Numbered from the stretch's first letter, positions 30,201 to 45,200 are shown. The stretch is 61,974 bases of DNA from Cyanophyceae cyanobacterium (GCA_050331735.1 JBHJGN010000058.1:1-61974); one strand, 5' to 3'. The notes: generated from the letters alone by a model not told the origin. Program-made: numbers and translations.

Positions 30201-33200
30201 GTCCCTGAGAACCAGATTCAGGTAGATGTGGGGGGAAACGCCATTATTCTGCCCGAGGCCAATCAGTTTAGGGTTGGGGAGTCGATTCAGTACCGAGCCG
30301 CAGACGAACCCATTGGCGGACTGGTTGACGGTGGTACGTATGTGGTTGCTAGCGTTAGCGGTCGTCGTCTCCAGCTAGCCGATGAGGGCGGTAGCGTCAT
30401 CGCTTTGAGCGCCGCTGGGGGACCGGGCAGCCATCAGTTTGTGAAAGCCGGGATTGAGTTTAACGCCACCAACGACATCGCCCAGCAGCGGAGAGAAGCC
30501 GCTGTCTCTCTAGCAAACCGCCTCTCCCACGACTTAGGCATAGCGGTAACTTTAACAGCCGGGGATGCCACCTCTACCAACGATCCTACGGCTACCGATG
30601 CGGAGATAGCAGCCCATCGCCAAGTCAGCGTCCGCGATATCGCCCTTGACTATGACGAGGAACAAACCGAAAAAACCAAGCTCCTCGGCGGAATTACCAA
30701 CGGCTATGCCTTCATGGGGAGTGGCTTCGGGACAGAGGCAGAAACTGGGGTCAAGGTTGAGAACGTTAATTTAGGGCTGGCGCTGTTCAAAACCGTTGAC
30801 TACACCAAGCCCCTGAACGCTCAAGGCACAATGACCTATGCCCTCTTGGGAGAAGGCGATGGGTCTGTGGTCGGGCTGCCCAACCTAACGCTGGATGGCT
30901 CTTTAAAAGTGGAGGTGAACCGCACTCAGGAAACGGTGCAGGAAACCATCACTACTCCAGGAGGAACCGTTGAACTTTCCTTCAGCGATTCCGCAGACCT
31001 GACCCGCATGACAGGCAGTGCCGACCTTAACATTGCTAATACCCTATCCCTATCTGGACAGTTTGGGATTGAGCAGGCGGAGGAGAAGCTCCTCCTGGGC
31101 GCAACAGACGTAACGGCCTTTGTCGGCACCGGATATAACACGAGCGCTGAGCTAGGGGTCAAGCTGAGCGAGGGCTATCTCGGCATGGTGCTGCCGGATG
31201 CCAACGATTCGGAACCAACCTATGCACTGGAGGTGGGAGGAACGGCTGCTCTAGTGGGCGTACCGGATGTCACGCTGACCGGAGATCTCAAGGCCCGCAT
31301 TAACCGCACCGGAGCAGCCGTTGATGAAACCCTTACCCTTAGCTCTGAGCAAACGGTGAACCTGGCTTTCTCCGCAGAGGAAGGTCAATTGACCGCAGTA
31401 GAAGGAACGGCTGCCTTCAGCTTGGCTGGAGTTGTGGATCTCACTACCCAGGTGGCTCTCGATTTTGGCGAGATTGACGACAGTGGACAGCGGGCGATCG
31501 CCGTTCAAGCCCAAGATATTGACCTCTTCGTCGGCACAGGGGCCGATACCCCAGATTCCAATGACGATGTTGGCGCACGCCTCAGCAACGGCATTCTCAA
31601 CCTCATCCTTAACCCCGATCGAACCTATCGGTATACCATCGACGATGCCGACGTGGAGTTAGTCGGCATCGATCTGTTGAGCTTCAGCGGCAAGATTGGG
31701 GCCGTGGGCGACCAGGATAGCCTAGAGCTACAGCTATCGGACCTCGAACTCACCATTGGCGAACTCGGTTCCCTCAGCGGCGACTTTACTTTTAATGTCA
31801 ATGAGGACGACACGATCGATTTTACCGCTACCGATGCCAGCGCTTTTGTCGGCTTAGGTCTCGACACTCCTGACGACCCAAGCGACGATCGCGGCTTGCG
31901 CCTCAGCCAAGCAGCCGTTGACCTTACCCTTCAGCCCAACGGCACCTATACCTACACTCTTACCAACGCCCAGGCACAGCTACAGGGGATTGAAGGAGCG
32001 GCGTTTTCCGGCACGATCGACGCGACCGGGAATCAAGACCAGATCGATGTCACTCTGGCAGAAATGACGCTTCAGCTCACAGATTACGCCAGAATCAGCG
32101 GCGATTTCGACTTCTCTGTAGATCAGGAGCAGACCACCATTAACCTCGGTGGTCAAAATATCGCTGCCCAGCTTGGTCTCGGAGCGAACACAGACCTACC
32201 CGACGACGATCTGGGAGTCCAGTTGAGCAACGCCAGTTTTGCGCTCACTTTAGATAGCGATTCCTATCGCTATACTCTCACCGACGCTGATGCCACCTTC
32301 CTCGGCCTGGATATCCAGATGGCTGCCCAGCTCAGCGCTAGCGGCGATAACAGTGGGGTGGAAGTGTTGCTGAATGATGCTAGCTTGGCCATTTCAGACT
32401 ATGTGCAGTTGAGCGGCAATCTCGCCCTCCAGTTCTCAGAAGAGAACGATGCACAACTTCTAGAATTTGTCGCCAACGATGCGGCGGCGTTCGTCGGTAG
32501 CGGGGCTAGCACCGCCACGACCGATGATGATATCGGGGTGCAGCTCAGTGAGGTGAATGGAGCCGTGCGGTTCTTCTCTGGGGCGGCGGAGTCGGAAACC
32601 GCCTATACTCTTTCCGGTAACGTCGCGCTGGTCGGTGTATCTGGACTCACGCTCAGCGGGGCCGTTGAGGCGCAGTTTAACAGTACAGACACCGAACTGC
32701 TGGTGGGGGGAATTTCTGTCGCAGCGGAGGCTAACTTTATTCAGGGGAACGGTATCGAGCTGGCGATCGCCGATCTGACCACCCTCAGCGGCGACCTGAG
32801 TCTGCAGCTGCGCGAAGCGGATGGCGCGCTGCTGGCAGCCGGACAAAATCTGTCCGCCACGGTCAGTCTCACGGACGGCATGAGCGGCAGCCTCACTAAC
32901 GGAAGCTTAGGGCTAGTGCTGCTCAACGATGGTAGCTATGCGCTTCAAGGTTCTGGAACAGCCAACGTAGACGTTGCGGGTCTGGCCTTTACTGGAGAGC
33001 TAGCCCTTGAGGTCAACACCACCGGCCAAAAGATTTCAGAAACCATCGCCATCAACAATCAGGTGCAGGTTGTTGAGTTTACGACCAGTGATGATGTTAG
33101 CCGCTTCAACGCGACCAACCTAGACGTGGTGCTGACCGACGCTCTGCGGGATGCTTTACTAGCCGGAGCAGAAGAACTGATCGACATTCAAACCAGCCTC

Positions 33201-36200
33201 GTTCCCACCTACGACGACGAGGGCAACCTGATCTCCGATAGTCCTCTAGCAACCACTCTCCCCGGCACCGATACGACCCTAGACGGCTTCTTAGGTATTA
33301 GTACTTACTTTGCCCTTGGAGAATCGATCAAAGAATACGTTGATGAAGACGACGACAGCACCACCGAAACCCTGCGCGGACTGATTCAGTATCTGCAAAC
33401 CGACTGGGTGTCTACCCTTCCCATTGCTGATGGTCTCGACTTTATTCTCGGCGAAACGGGCTTTTCCCTGTCCTATGCGGCAGAAAACCGCTACGAAAAA
33501 ACCATTGGCTTCGCCCTGCCCGAAGCAGCCGCTCAGTTTGGGTTGGAACTCCGGGGAGAAACGAATCTCACCGTTGGCGTAGATTTGGGCATTGATTTTG
33601 ACCTGAGCTTTGACTGGTCGGACTTCTCCACCGATTTCACCCTCAACGACCTCTCCTTTAACGCCAACGCCACTGCCGACGATATTGTGCTGGGAGCCTA
33701 CTTTGGTCCCCTGGAGATGAGCATTGGCTCTCATGACCCTGGGAAGGAGAAAGGAGAGGTCAGCCTCAATTTAGGCGGCTCGATTAGTTACGTCAACCAG
33801 GAGTTTGCGGTCGATACGAGCAACAACCGCATCGATGCAATGCTGCCTTTCTATGCTTCTCTCGCTGGCAACGACCTCAGCGCGGGAGGCACGCCGAAGG
33901 TGTATCTGAACGGCGAGCTGTTCGGTGGGGATGGCGTGTCTTTCCGCCACGAAAACTTCGATCAGCTCCTGAACTTCCGCAACTTTGGCGTGGGCAGCAT
34001 CATTTCCATGCTGCGGGATACCGTGACGTGGGCGGAAGATTACCGCAACTACGAAGTCATGCAAACCTCCCTGCCGTTTGTAGATTTACAGCTTGGAGAT
34101 GTCCTCGATTTCGCCAGCGCTATTAATGATAACGTCCTTGAAAAAATTGATATCTATCAGCCGAGAGTAGATCTGTTCGCAGGCAGCGGCGCTTCCGTTA
34201 CCGAGGGCGTTCTCACTGTCCCCTCCGGCGGTCTCACCGACGATTTCAGCGGCAAATACATTACCTTCGACAGCGGCGACACCTACGAAATCGGCAGCGT
34301 TATCGATGCCAATACCCTGAAATTACCAGAAGCTGGCAATCTCACCTTCAGCGATCGCAGCTTTGTGATCCACGAACAGCGAGAGCTCATCCGTTCCTAT
34401 CAAGAGCTAGTGGTCGCCATTAATAGCTCCGGCGTTTTACCGTCAGGTGTTTCTCTCACCTACGACCCGGTTCAAAACGAACTGGTGCTGCCCTTTAGCT
34501 TTGAGAAGACGATGCCTGTCTTCAACGATGTGGCGCTCGACTTTGGCTTTGATTTAGGAGAGCTGTCTCTGTCTACCGATTCCAGAGCCGCGCTTCAGGC
34601 AGCAGTCAGCGGTCGCCTCGATTTGGTGATTGACTTCGACGGTCCCAACAACAACGGCGGCATCAGCCTCTACATCGACAACGCCGAACTGAACGGGGAA
34701 GCGCAGTTTACCGTGGCGGATTTAACGGTAGCCGCCGCCCTCGGCTTCGTCGGGCTAACGGCAGGCGGGGCTGGCAGCGGTTCTGGGGTGTCCCTCAACG
34801 CAGCGGTGTCCGCTGGTCTAGACCGCAACCCGGACGAAGAGCTTCCCGGCGATCGCCGCTTTAGCTTCACCGATCTGCTCGATGGCGAACTCTACGATGC
34901 CTTCAACATTCAGTTCAACGGCAGCGCAGCGGCAACGCTGAAGGGGCTATCCGTCAACGGCGGGTTTGGCGATATTAACATTGCTCCTAGCGCTGAACTG
35001 GGGGTCTACGTCCCTAACCTATCGACTCTATCGGCAGCACCCCAAATTGTGTATCAAGATCCAACTCAGGCGTTTGACCTCGACGCTCAGCTTGCTAGCA
35101 ATGCGGTGACCGACCAAGGGGCGATCGTCGTGCTGCCAGATGTGTCCAGCCTGCTCGACCTCAAGGATCTGAGCTTCCTCGACATCATTCGCGGCATTCG
35201 AGCTGGCATTGACTTCCTCGACGAATCCCTGGCAGACACTAGCTTCTACACCACAGAGCTGCCCATTATTAATCAGTCCTTAGAGGAGCAGTTTACCTTC
35301 CTCGACGATCTTGCTGCTCAACTAGAAGCTGCCGCCGAAAATCCGGCTGGGGTGCTGCAAGAGGTGGAAACTCTGATCGAGAAGGCTCTGGGGCTTGAGG
35401 ACAATAATACCCTGGCTGCCGACAAGCAGATGTTCTCCTTATCCCTCAACGGAGACTACCTCGATATTCATCTGGGCTGGCAGGCCCTGTTTAGCGACAG
35501 CTTTGCCTTTGCTCTTGATCTGGCTACCCTCAAAGAACTCTCCGGGAACGTCGGGGCAGCAGCCTTGGACGGCATCGATACTTTAGCGGACCTCAACGGC
35601 GGCGGTAGCCTGCTCCTGGAAGCGATCGCCCAGCTTAACTTCGATGTTGCGGTCGATCTCAGCAGCCTCACACAGGGCGATATCCCCGACATTGTGCTGC
35701 GGGATTACGATGCAACCACCGGGAAGGGCACCCACGCTCAGGTCGGAGTTCGACTGAGGGGCGAAAACCTGGATCTCGGCTTTAAAGTTGGTCCGATGGA
35801 TATCGGGGTGATTGGCGGCAGCGTTATCCTTGATGGCGATGGTCAGAAGAATACTCAGGACTACGCCGGAGTCTTAGTTGCCTTGGATCAAAAGCCAGGA
35901 GCTTCAGCCGTAGTCGATGATGGTCTTTTCTACATTGCTTCCGAGTCGGTCGGCGACAATCTCCAGACAAAGATTACCGGAGGCTTTGATGTTAACCTGC
36001 CCGTCAATCTTAACGTAGCAGGACTCGGCATTGACCTCGGGGCGATCGAGGTGAAAACGAACCCCGTCTACGGCGACCAGGGCGTTGCTCAACTCTTTAA
36101 GCACCTCACTGGTTCCCCAACGGCAGGCAGTGAAGACCCTTTAGTAATGTCCTTCCCAGATATTAAGGGCAAATTTGCGGAACTGGGGGGACAGTTCTCG

Positions 36201-39200
36201 CTGCTGGCGCTCATCAACGATCCCTCCTTTATTCTCGACGGGGTAGACCTGGCCGTGGGCACTCTGCAAGATGTCCTCGACTCCAACCTGTCTCAGAATC
36301 TCCCCTTAGTGGGCGACACGTTAGGAGAAGCGGCATCCTTTCTGCGGGAGATGCGCTACGGCATCTTAGCCGACCTGCGGGAGAAGCTCAGCGGCGACGG
36401 CAAGGCGATCGCCTATCTCCAGGAAACCCTGTGGAATATCCTTGGTCCCAGCAACCTCGATCTGTTGCTCGACCTCAATCAGGACGGTCAGTTGACCATT
36501 GATGACGTTCAGGTAGGCTGGTACGATGCTGCTGGTCAGTGGATGCAGAATTGGGCAGTGGGCGGCGGTCTTCCCACCGATGCTGATGCGATCCAGTTCA
36601 ATATGCAGCTAGGCGGCAATATCTTCGGTACCGGCATTGATATTCCCCTCGCTCTCGATGTCCCTGGCTTTAGCCTCAACGTCGATGGCGGCTTTGCCCT
36701 CGATATCGACTGGAGCTTCGACTTTGGCTTTGGTCTTTCCCTACAAGATACCTTCTACCTCACCGCTGCCCAGGACGCTGCCGATCCAGAGCTAGAGCTG
36801 AACGTCGATGTCTTCCTAGATGGCGACCCGGAAGACCCTAACGTGACCACTCCCTTTGCCGCTGACGGTAGCCTGCTGTTCTTTAAAGCCCAGCTAGAGG
36901 ATAACACCCCTAAAGGTCGGGCGAGCGGTGTCTACGGCGGACTGTCTCTCGATCTAGTAGGCAACGAGCGCGATCGCCTCACTTTAGAGCGGCTGCTGTC
37001 AGGAAGCTTGGGCGAGGTTTTTGCCGTTGACTTTGGGGTGGATGCCGAGGTCGATTTGGGCATGACCCTCGAACTCGACGGCGTGAACGGACTGCCGCGC
37101 CTTGGGGGAGATCTCGAAATCGATTGGGACTGGTCGGTTGGGCAAGAACTAACGGCTCCGAGCATCGGCATCACCGATTTCCGGGTCGATCTCGGAAGCT
37201 TCGTCACCGACTTTTTAACGCCGATCGCCTCTAACGTCCACGATGTCTTAAAGCCGATGGAGCCGCTGATCGATGTCCTGACTAAGGAAGTCCCCGGTCT
37301 GGATATCATGCTCAGTGACAACACCCTTAAAGGACTAATCAACGCCATCATGGAGCTGAAAGGGCGATCTCCGATCGACTGGAGCTTCCTCGAGGAAGCG
37401 AAGCAGATGCTGGCGCTGGTAGACCAAATCGCCACTCTCAACGCCGGCGACTGGCTGATGCTCGGAGATATTACCGGCTTTGGGACATCTGACCTCTCCG
37501 CGACCCAGGCGGAGCCAGCGAATAATGCGTCGCTTCAAGAACTCGATTCCTTCTTCGAGCAGAATACCCGCCAGTCGTCCCACAGCGTTAAGAAAGGAAC
37601 AACGCCTCGCTCCGGCTTCAAGATGCTGGAGTATATCAAAGATATCTCCAACTGGACTGCCCTCCTCAGCGGCGGCGATGCCACCCTGTTTACTTACGAG
37701 ATGCCGCTGCTGGAGTTCCGGGCAGAGTTTGAAGTGCTGCTGGCTTCGATTGGCATTCTGCCCCGCATTGCTTCCTTCGACGTATTTGCGAACGGGAGCT
37801 TTGGGGCCACAGCAGATTTAGGCTTTGGCTACGATACCTTCGGCATTCGCAAGTCGATCGAGACGAGCAACCCCCTGTATGCCCTCGATGGTTTCTTCAT
37901 CAGCGATTTTGATACCGCCGGCAACGAGAAAGACGAGTTTTACTTAGATGGCGATCTTGGTCTTAGGGGGCAACTGACCTTTGGACCGATCGCGGCGGGA
38001 CTCCAAGGAGGAATTGAAGCCTACTTTGGGGTAGATATGCAGGACATTGAGAAATCCATCCTCGTCAAGGACGATGCCGGGTACGTTGTTGACCAAATTT
38101 GGGAGAGCGATGGCAGAATCCGGGGTTCTGAGCTGGCGACCATGTGGGGATACCAGGACGGCGGCATCGCCAATCTGTTCAACATCACCGGCGACGTTGA
38201 TTTTGTGGCCAGCGCCTTTGTGGATCTCGATCTCAAAATCAAGACGGTTAACCTTTTCGAGCAGGAACTATTTAGAGCTGATTTACTCAGCCTCAACTAC
38301 GATGCGCCGAAGGTCCAGCCTCTGCTCGGACGAGTGGAGAACGGAACGCTGTATCTGCATAGCGGCAGTCGGGCAGGCGATCGCATCTACAACACCGATG
38401 ACGGCGGCGAGCAGTTCTTCTTCTACGGCGAAAACGGGACGGTTTATGTTGAGTACGACAACTACTACCAGGAGTACACTGGCGTTTCTAAGATCATTGC
38501 CGACGGCGGCGCTGGCGACGATTTCTTCGATGCCTCTCGCCTGCGGGGAGTGGCGGTCGAAATTACCGGAGGCGCAGGCAATGATACCCTGATTGCTGGC
38601 ACGGGCGGCGGTATCCTAGATGGGGGAGCCGGAGAAGACAACCTTACGGGCGGCAGCGGCGCTGATATGCTGTACGGCGGCTCTGAAGAGGATACCCTCA
38701 GCGGCGGACTCGGCGACGACACCTTAGAAGGCGGCTTGGGGGTCGATCGTCTCTCTGGGGAAGCGGGCGACGACACCTACGTCTTTGGCGATAATTTCAA
38801 TGTAGATCGCCTGAGCGATCGCGAGGGCAACAACACCTTTGATTTCTCCACCACAACAGATGATTTAGGAGTCACCATCAACCGCAGCGGCATTGAGGTG
38901 CAGTTGAACAACGGTCTGAGCGAGGTAAAATCTCGCGGTCTGAGCGTTAACACGGTGATTCTGGGAACCGGAAACGATGAGGTCGTCGTTACTAATTTTG
39001 CCGCTGGCACGTTAAACCTCGGCGATGCTGGCGGTAACGATACTTATCGCGTTCGCTTGGGTCAAGCTGTGGGGTCTCAAGCAAACGGCATCGTTAACCT
39101 CGATGACGCAGCGGGAGACTTCGACCAGGCGATCCTAGAGCAAACCATGCGCGAGGCGATCGCCCTCAACGAGCAGCAGGTTCAGAACGGGCGCGAAATC

Positions 39201-42200
39201 TTCAACTACACCGATGGGTTAGAGCGCCTCACCGTGTTAGGGAAGGCAGCCCAGTTTAACGATGCGGATGGCGTTCTCGACTTTGGCGCTCCGGTGAGCT
39301 TTACCACCAATAACACGGTCCAAACCCGGCAAACCGAACTCCGAGCCATTGGGTCTGCTATCGACCTCGGCAGTCAAATCAACGCTGGAGCGATCATTCT
39401 GGATTCTTTGGCGGATCTCCAGGTTACGCAAACCCTCAACGCCAATAGCAATCGCTACATCGATCTGCGTACCTACGGCGACGGCTCAAACATTGAGCTA
39501 GCCGCCGATCTCAAGGTTTCTAGCGGTGGGTCCGAAGACGGTCTTGGTAGCGGCTGGATTCGCCTCACCGCCCCCGATGGCTCGATCCTCAACACCAACG
39601 GCTCCCGCATTGTCGGCACCGACAGTCATCTAATTGTGAAGGCGAAGGATGCAATTGGTACGGTGGATGCGGCGCTCTTAACGGAGGTTGCTGAACTAAC
39701 GGCGGCGACTGCCCTCTCTGGGGAAGGCAACGTTGTCATCACCGAGGCGAACGATCTGAACCTGGTTATGAACGGCGATGAACTGAACCAGGTTAAGAAC
39801 AGCGATAAAGAAGCCTTCCAAAACCCCGGTCTGCTGCTGCCCGATGTGGAAATCACCCCAGAATGGATGGCCGAGCAAGACTGGGTAACCCAGCTTAGCG
39901 AAGACTGGCGCGAGCAGATTTTGGATGGCAACGACCTCTATGCGATCGCCAACGGCAGCGGCCATTTAACCCTGTCCTTAGCGGAGCAAGATGCGCTTCT
40001 CATTCTAGAAAGCGGCAGCATCACCGGACGCCACGAGGAAGCGAACCTGACACTAAGGGCGGACGATATGAACTTCCGTACCGGAGCCGATCAGGTGAAC
40101 GGCATTGGCAACCTGTTTCTAGAGGCGAATCAGCTCGTCTGGGATTACCGCTTAGGCGGAGCGGCGGAAAATAGCGCGGGGCAAGACCTCAACGAAGTTG
40201 GCATCGATAATGCCGATGTCATGGAACTCTCCAGCTTAGATTTAGCTGCGATTCACAACAGCTTCAATGCCGTTACCATTGGTCGCCGAGATGCGGGGAA
40301 CACCATGACTCTAGGAGACATCCTATACGGCGAGACGGGCAAAATGGTGGCTGAGCCGCGCAATTCCCAAGCCTATCAGCCCGAATTTCGTAATTCCACA
40401 ACGCTTTTGAGCGATCGCCTAGACGTAGAGGGTGATGTCCGCGCTACCAACGAAAGCTTAGCTGTAGAGGCACGGCTGGTAAACGTTAATTCCCAGAACC
40501 TCCACAACCCCAACGGTTTGCCCGACTCTGGCATCACGGCAGGCAACCTGCAACTGCTCGTTGACGAGCAAATGGTGGTCGGGGGCTGGTTACGGGCGAC
40601 AGAAAATCTCTCGATTCAAATTCAAGAGACCAGCGGCAGCGATGTCCTGGTGTCTTTTGCGGGAGAAGGAGCCAACAGTCTGAAAACCGACATTGGCAGT
40701 GAAATTGCTGTTACCGAGGCAGGAGGAGTCATCGACATTGATACGATTGCCTCGGCTAAAATTGCTGGACTCGTAGAGGCCAAAGGCGCTGGCTCCACTG
40801 CCGACATCTATGCAACCACCGTGCTGAATCTGATGGAAGGGGCTGTCGTTGCGGCCCGCGATGACGAGGGACAGATTCGCCTAGAAGCCGGGGAAGTTGT
40901 CCTCACCGATAGCGGCAGTGCCGTTACCGCTGGAGCCAGATTTGAAGACATCAACGGTAAGCCCACGGCTGTTAAAACGGGGGAAGGGGCGGATGCTCGC
41001 ATCCTCTCTCCTCATGAGCTAGTCATCAAGGGAACCGTTACCACCAGCGACGAGATGGTGCTTGCGGCGGGAGCTCCCCTTAACAGCTACGTCGACAGCT
41101 ACTTCAATCAGTTGCCGACCGATGCCAACGGCAACGACCACTATCTCAAGCACATTGGCGAAGACCAGTTCAGCATCCTCATGGCTGGAACCCTAACCAG
41201 TTTGGCGGACGATACCGAGCTAGCGATCGCCGCCCAGGACGACATCATTATTCGTGGCAACATCGATGTCCTGGGCGCGAACTCAAACCTCACCGTGGGT
41301 TCTGAGGGCTGGGTGTACGTTGAGAGCTTCCTCACGGCTCAAAACAACATCAGCATTGCTGGCGGCTTCGATGCCGAGAGCACCTCGACGAACGGAGCCA
41401 ATAGCGACGGCTCCAGCGTCTATGTCCACGGAACGGCTCGTCTTAACTCTAAGCAGGCGGGCAGCCAGATTCGGATCGAGGGGGCGCAGGATGTTGACCT
41501 GCTGGGCACCGTCGTGGCTGGCGGTGACGTTGGCGAAACTGGCGTTACCTGGACGGGGAGCGGTGCTGAAGTTTTTGTGAAAGCCGGACAGCAGGTGTAT
41601 CTAGACACCGGACTCTTGGGGTCTCAGTCGGTTACGGTCGAGGGCGGCACCGCAGCAGTAGACGATCGCGGGCTGGGTGTCCTCGTTACCCCGGCAGGGG
41701 GGGCCACGGCTGGCGGCACTAGCGGCACTGGCACCGTCAGGATTTCCAGCGCTAGCAGCATAGAAATGATGGGCACCCTCGTCTCTGGCGGTACGCTGCG
41801 TCAGGAATTCGATGAGGATGGCAATCTCATTAACCAGACGGTGGACTGGTCTGGCGGCGATGGACTGATTCGCGTCGAGGCTGAAGGACAAGCCATGATC
41901 GGCGGCAACACCACCAACAGACAGGGCGAAGCCATCGAAACGGGGGGCTATCTTTTTGCGAGCGATCGCATCGAAGTTGTCGGCGGCGAGCACGAGTCCG
42001 GTACGGGGGTCTACGTCCAGGGGGCGAGTGAACTGGTGGCACATCAAGCCCATGGCTCCATCTTCATCGATGCTGCCCAGGATGCCGATATTCAGGGGCT
42101 GCTTCTCCCTGGTGGGGAAGTAACTCAGGTCCGCGACGAGCAGGGAACCTATATCGGGCGCACCAGCGAACATTTTAATGGCAACTCCACCATTCGCATC

Positions 42201-45200
42201 GAAGCTGACCACCAAATTCGCATCGGTCAGGAGCTAAGAGCCGGAAAGCAGATCGATCTGATTGGCGGAATCGACCCTGTAGAGGCTAACGAGACTTACT
42301 CTGGTCGCGGAATCGTCCTCTACGGTTCGACGCAGCTAGAAACCTGGCAAGAGAACAGCCAAATTAACCTCAACGCACCGGGTCGTCTTGACATCCTTGC
42401 CCCAGCCCATACGAATGAAATTGCGGCGGCGGGCTTTGTGGAGAAAGCGACCGGCCAACTGGCTCAAGATGTCACTCTGCAACTGCGGGTACACCGGGGC
42501 GATGAAACCCTAGAAGCCAACGTCACCGTCAGCGCTAGCGACACCGCTGATAACGAAACGATTACGGATCTAATGGCGGATCTAGAGACTGCTCTCAAGA
42601 TCGCTAACTGGAAAATAGCTGAATCTAACCAAGTCTTTACTCCGGTCGATGAACTGAACTGGAAAGTAAAGCTTTGCAACGGTAATTTTCTCCTAACCAG
42701 CGCCTATGAATTTGCTTTAGTGCAGGCTGGTTCCCAGAACGCTCATCTGTTGGGCTTCACCAACCTCACAGCCGATATCGATTCTTCCTTACCCTACACC
42801 ATTAGCGCCAAAGAAGCCGGGTCTGTCGTCTCGATTGGGGCTCCCGCTGGACCCAACGGCAAGCTTTATATTGCGGGTCAGGTGCTGGCTCACGACACCA
42901 TCAACCTCTACAGCGGCACTTCTCCTGACGGCATTGATATTGAGTTAGACGCAACGGGGCTGCTAGAAACCATCAACGGCTCTATTGCCATGAATGTGGG
43001 CAAGTTCGGCATCGTTAAGGGCGACATCGTGGCCGGAGGTGCTGGCTCGGATATTGCTTTGTCTGCTGAAAACACCCTAGAACTCTACGGTAGCCTCACG
43101 GCTAATGATGAAGTGCGCCTGACCGCAGGCACGACGATTACCCCTGGGGAAACCAGCATTGCCACCTATGGAACAAGCATCATTAACGGGCGCAGTGCCA
43201 CGATTACGGGTCTTAACGACGTGCAGATCGATAGCACCATCGGCGGGGAAGGTAAAACTCTAGAAACCGTTGATATTGCCTCCACAACAGGAACGCTCAC
43301 GGTCAGTCGCTCCTCCGGGCGGATCGTCAGCAATGCCAACATCGCCCTCACCGGGGAGGATGTGGAGATGTTAGGTGTTCTGTTCCAAGGCACGGCAGAC
43401 AGCGACAGCACTACCAAGGAAGTCACACTCCAGGGAACTAACGCTGTTACGGTTGCAGGAGACTTGACGAGTCAAGGTTCTGTGTTGCTCGAAGCCGGAA
43501 ACGAAGTAAATGTCTACAACGGTCAAATCTTGGTTGAGGGAGCAGGAGAAACGCTGGCAATTCTCCAGACCAATACTGATGGCACCATTGCCTTTGGAAA
43601 ACTCGTTGAGGTAGACGGCAAGCTCACTCAGCAGGGGGCGGTACTGAGCGCTTTAGATGGAGTCACGATCACCGGACAAGCGGTAACTATTGGTGCAGGA
43701 GTAGCAGTCTCTAGCCAGAACAGCAACAGCGAACTTCAGATTACTGCCGAATCTCTACGCTTAGCAGGTTCCCTCGCGGCTGGCAACCGCACCGTCGATG
43801 ACAACACCTGGGCTGGAGAAAATGCTCAGGTCAACATTGCTGCGACTGATGCCGTTATTGTAGGCGGACTCGGAGCAGATGAAGATGGCAAACTGGTCAA
43901 CCGGGGCGGCTCTATTCAAGCAACAGAGGCCGTAGCTATCGATGCGGGAAGCATTGACATCTCCCGCGAGAGCTTGATGACGACCAAGAATGCTAGTGGA
44001 CAAATTGACATAAATGTGCTATGCGACGCGACTCTGCGCGGTGCGATCGGCTCAATTCAGGAAAACCTGACCGATACGGTTGATATTACCGCAGGTGGTT
44101 TAATCCTGGTAGACGGCACTGTTAAGGGACAGAGCCGCGTTACGCTCGACGGCGGCAGTGATGCAGGGCTAGGCGTACTTGTCAACGCCCTGCGTTTCCA
44201 GGACAGTAACGGGCGCTACGTCAACGGCTCCAACTATCTCATTAACGCTAGCGGCGAGTACGTAGATGCAGCCGGGAACCTGCTCGCTGCGGGTTCAGCT
44301 CCGGTGGCGTACACAGGTAGCCCAGCAGATCTACAGCGGATTAGCGGCGGCAGCATCGAAACCGCCGGAACGGTCAGTATCATCGATATCCGTGCTGATG
44401 GAGCAATTTCTCTCCAGGGTAATGTCGGCGCGCTGGATCTCGAAAACGGTGAACTGCTTGCCAGCACCGGAAGTATCACCGTAGACAGCAGCAGCGATGT
44501 CACCGTATATGATGGTCGCCTCGGCGCACAGACCAACATTAACATTAGCGCTCAAAACCTTAGCCTTTTTGGGGAAGGCTGGCTCAAGACTACTCATGCA
44601 GACGGTACGGTTAAACTAAGAGCCAACGAGCAGGTCTCTGTGCTGCGCCATGCCTTTAGTCTGCCTCGTGCTGCCGTAGAAACGGCAGGGCTGCTAGACA
44701 TTGCCGCGACCGATATTTTGGTAGATGGCTTCCTCAGCGGTGGCAACAATAGCCGCATTTTACTCAACGCCGCCGATGCAGTTGAGATAACTGGACGGCT
44801 CGACTCTGCCCAGGATATCGACGTTCGTGCTGGCGTTGACCTGAACTGGAATGAAGCGAAGCTGCTCGGAGAGCTGACCCGAGCCGATCTTACTGACGGT
44901 ACGATTACCATCAGCGCCGCAGGCTTACTAGATACGGTGGGAGACGTTGCTTTGCTGGCAGGCGGCGACGTGACGCTCCAGGCGGGAGCCTCTCTTCAGG
45001 ACGGCACCAAGGCTGCTAGCTTCTCTTCCCTGCGGCAAACGGCGATTACGGTTCCTGTCGTTACCGGAACCTTCGAGGTCGAAGATGGAACTCGCCAAGT
45101 GGAGGTAGTCACTTATATTGATACAGTCTCGACGGAGCAGGTAGGCTTTGATGAGGTGCGCATCGGGACCGAAAACTTCACAATGGATGTAAAGCTAACT

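Noticed and set aside
42660..44030. Isolated cysteines (KLCNG, VLCDA) as signs of decay of the giant gene
   Set aside because: Two residues cannot show relaxed selection without orthologues, and the reading frame is intact.
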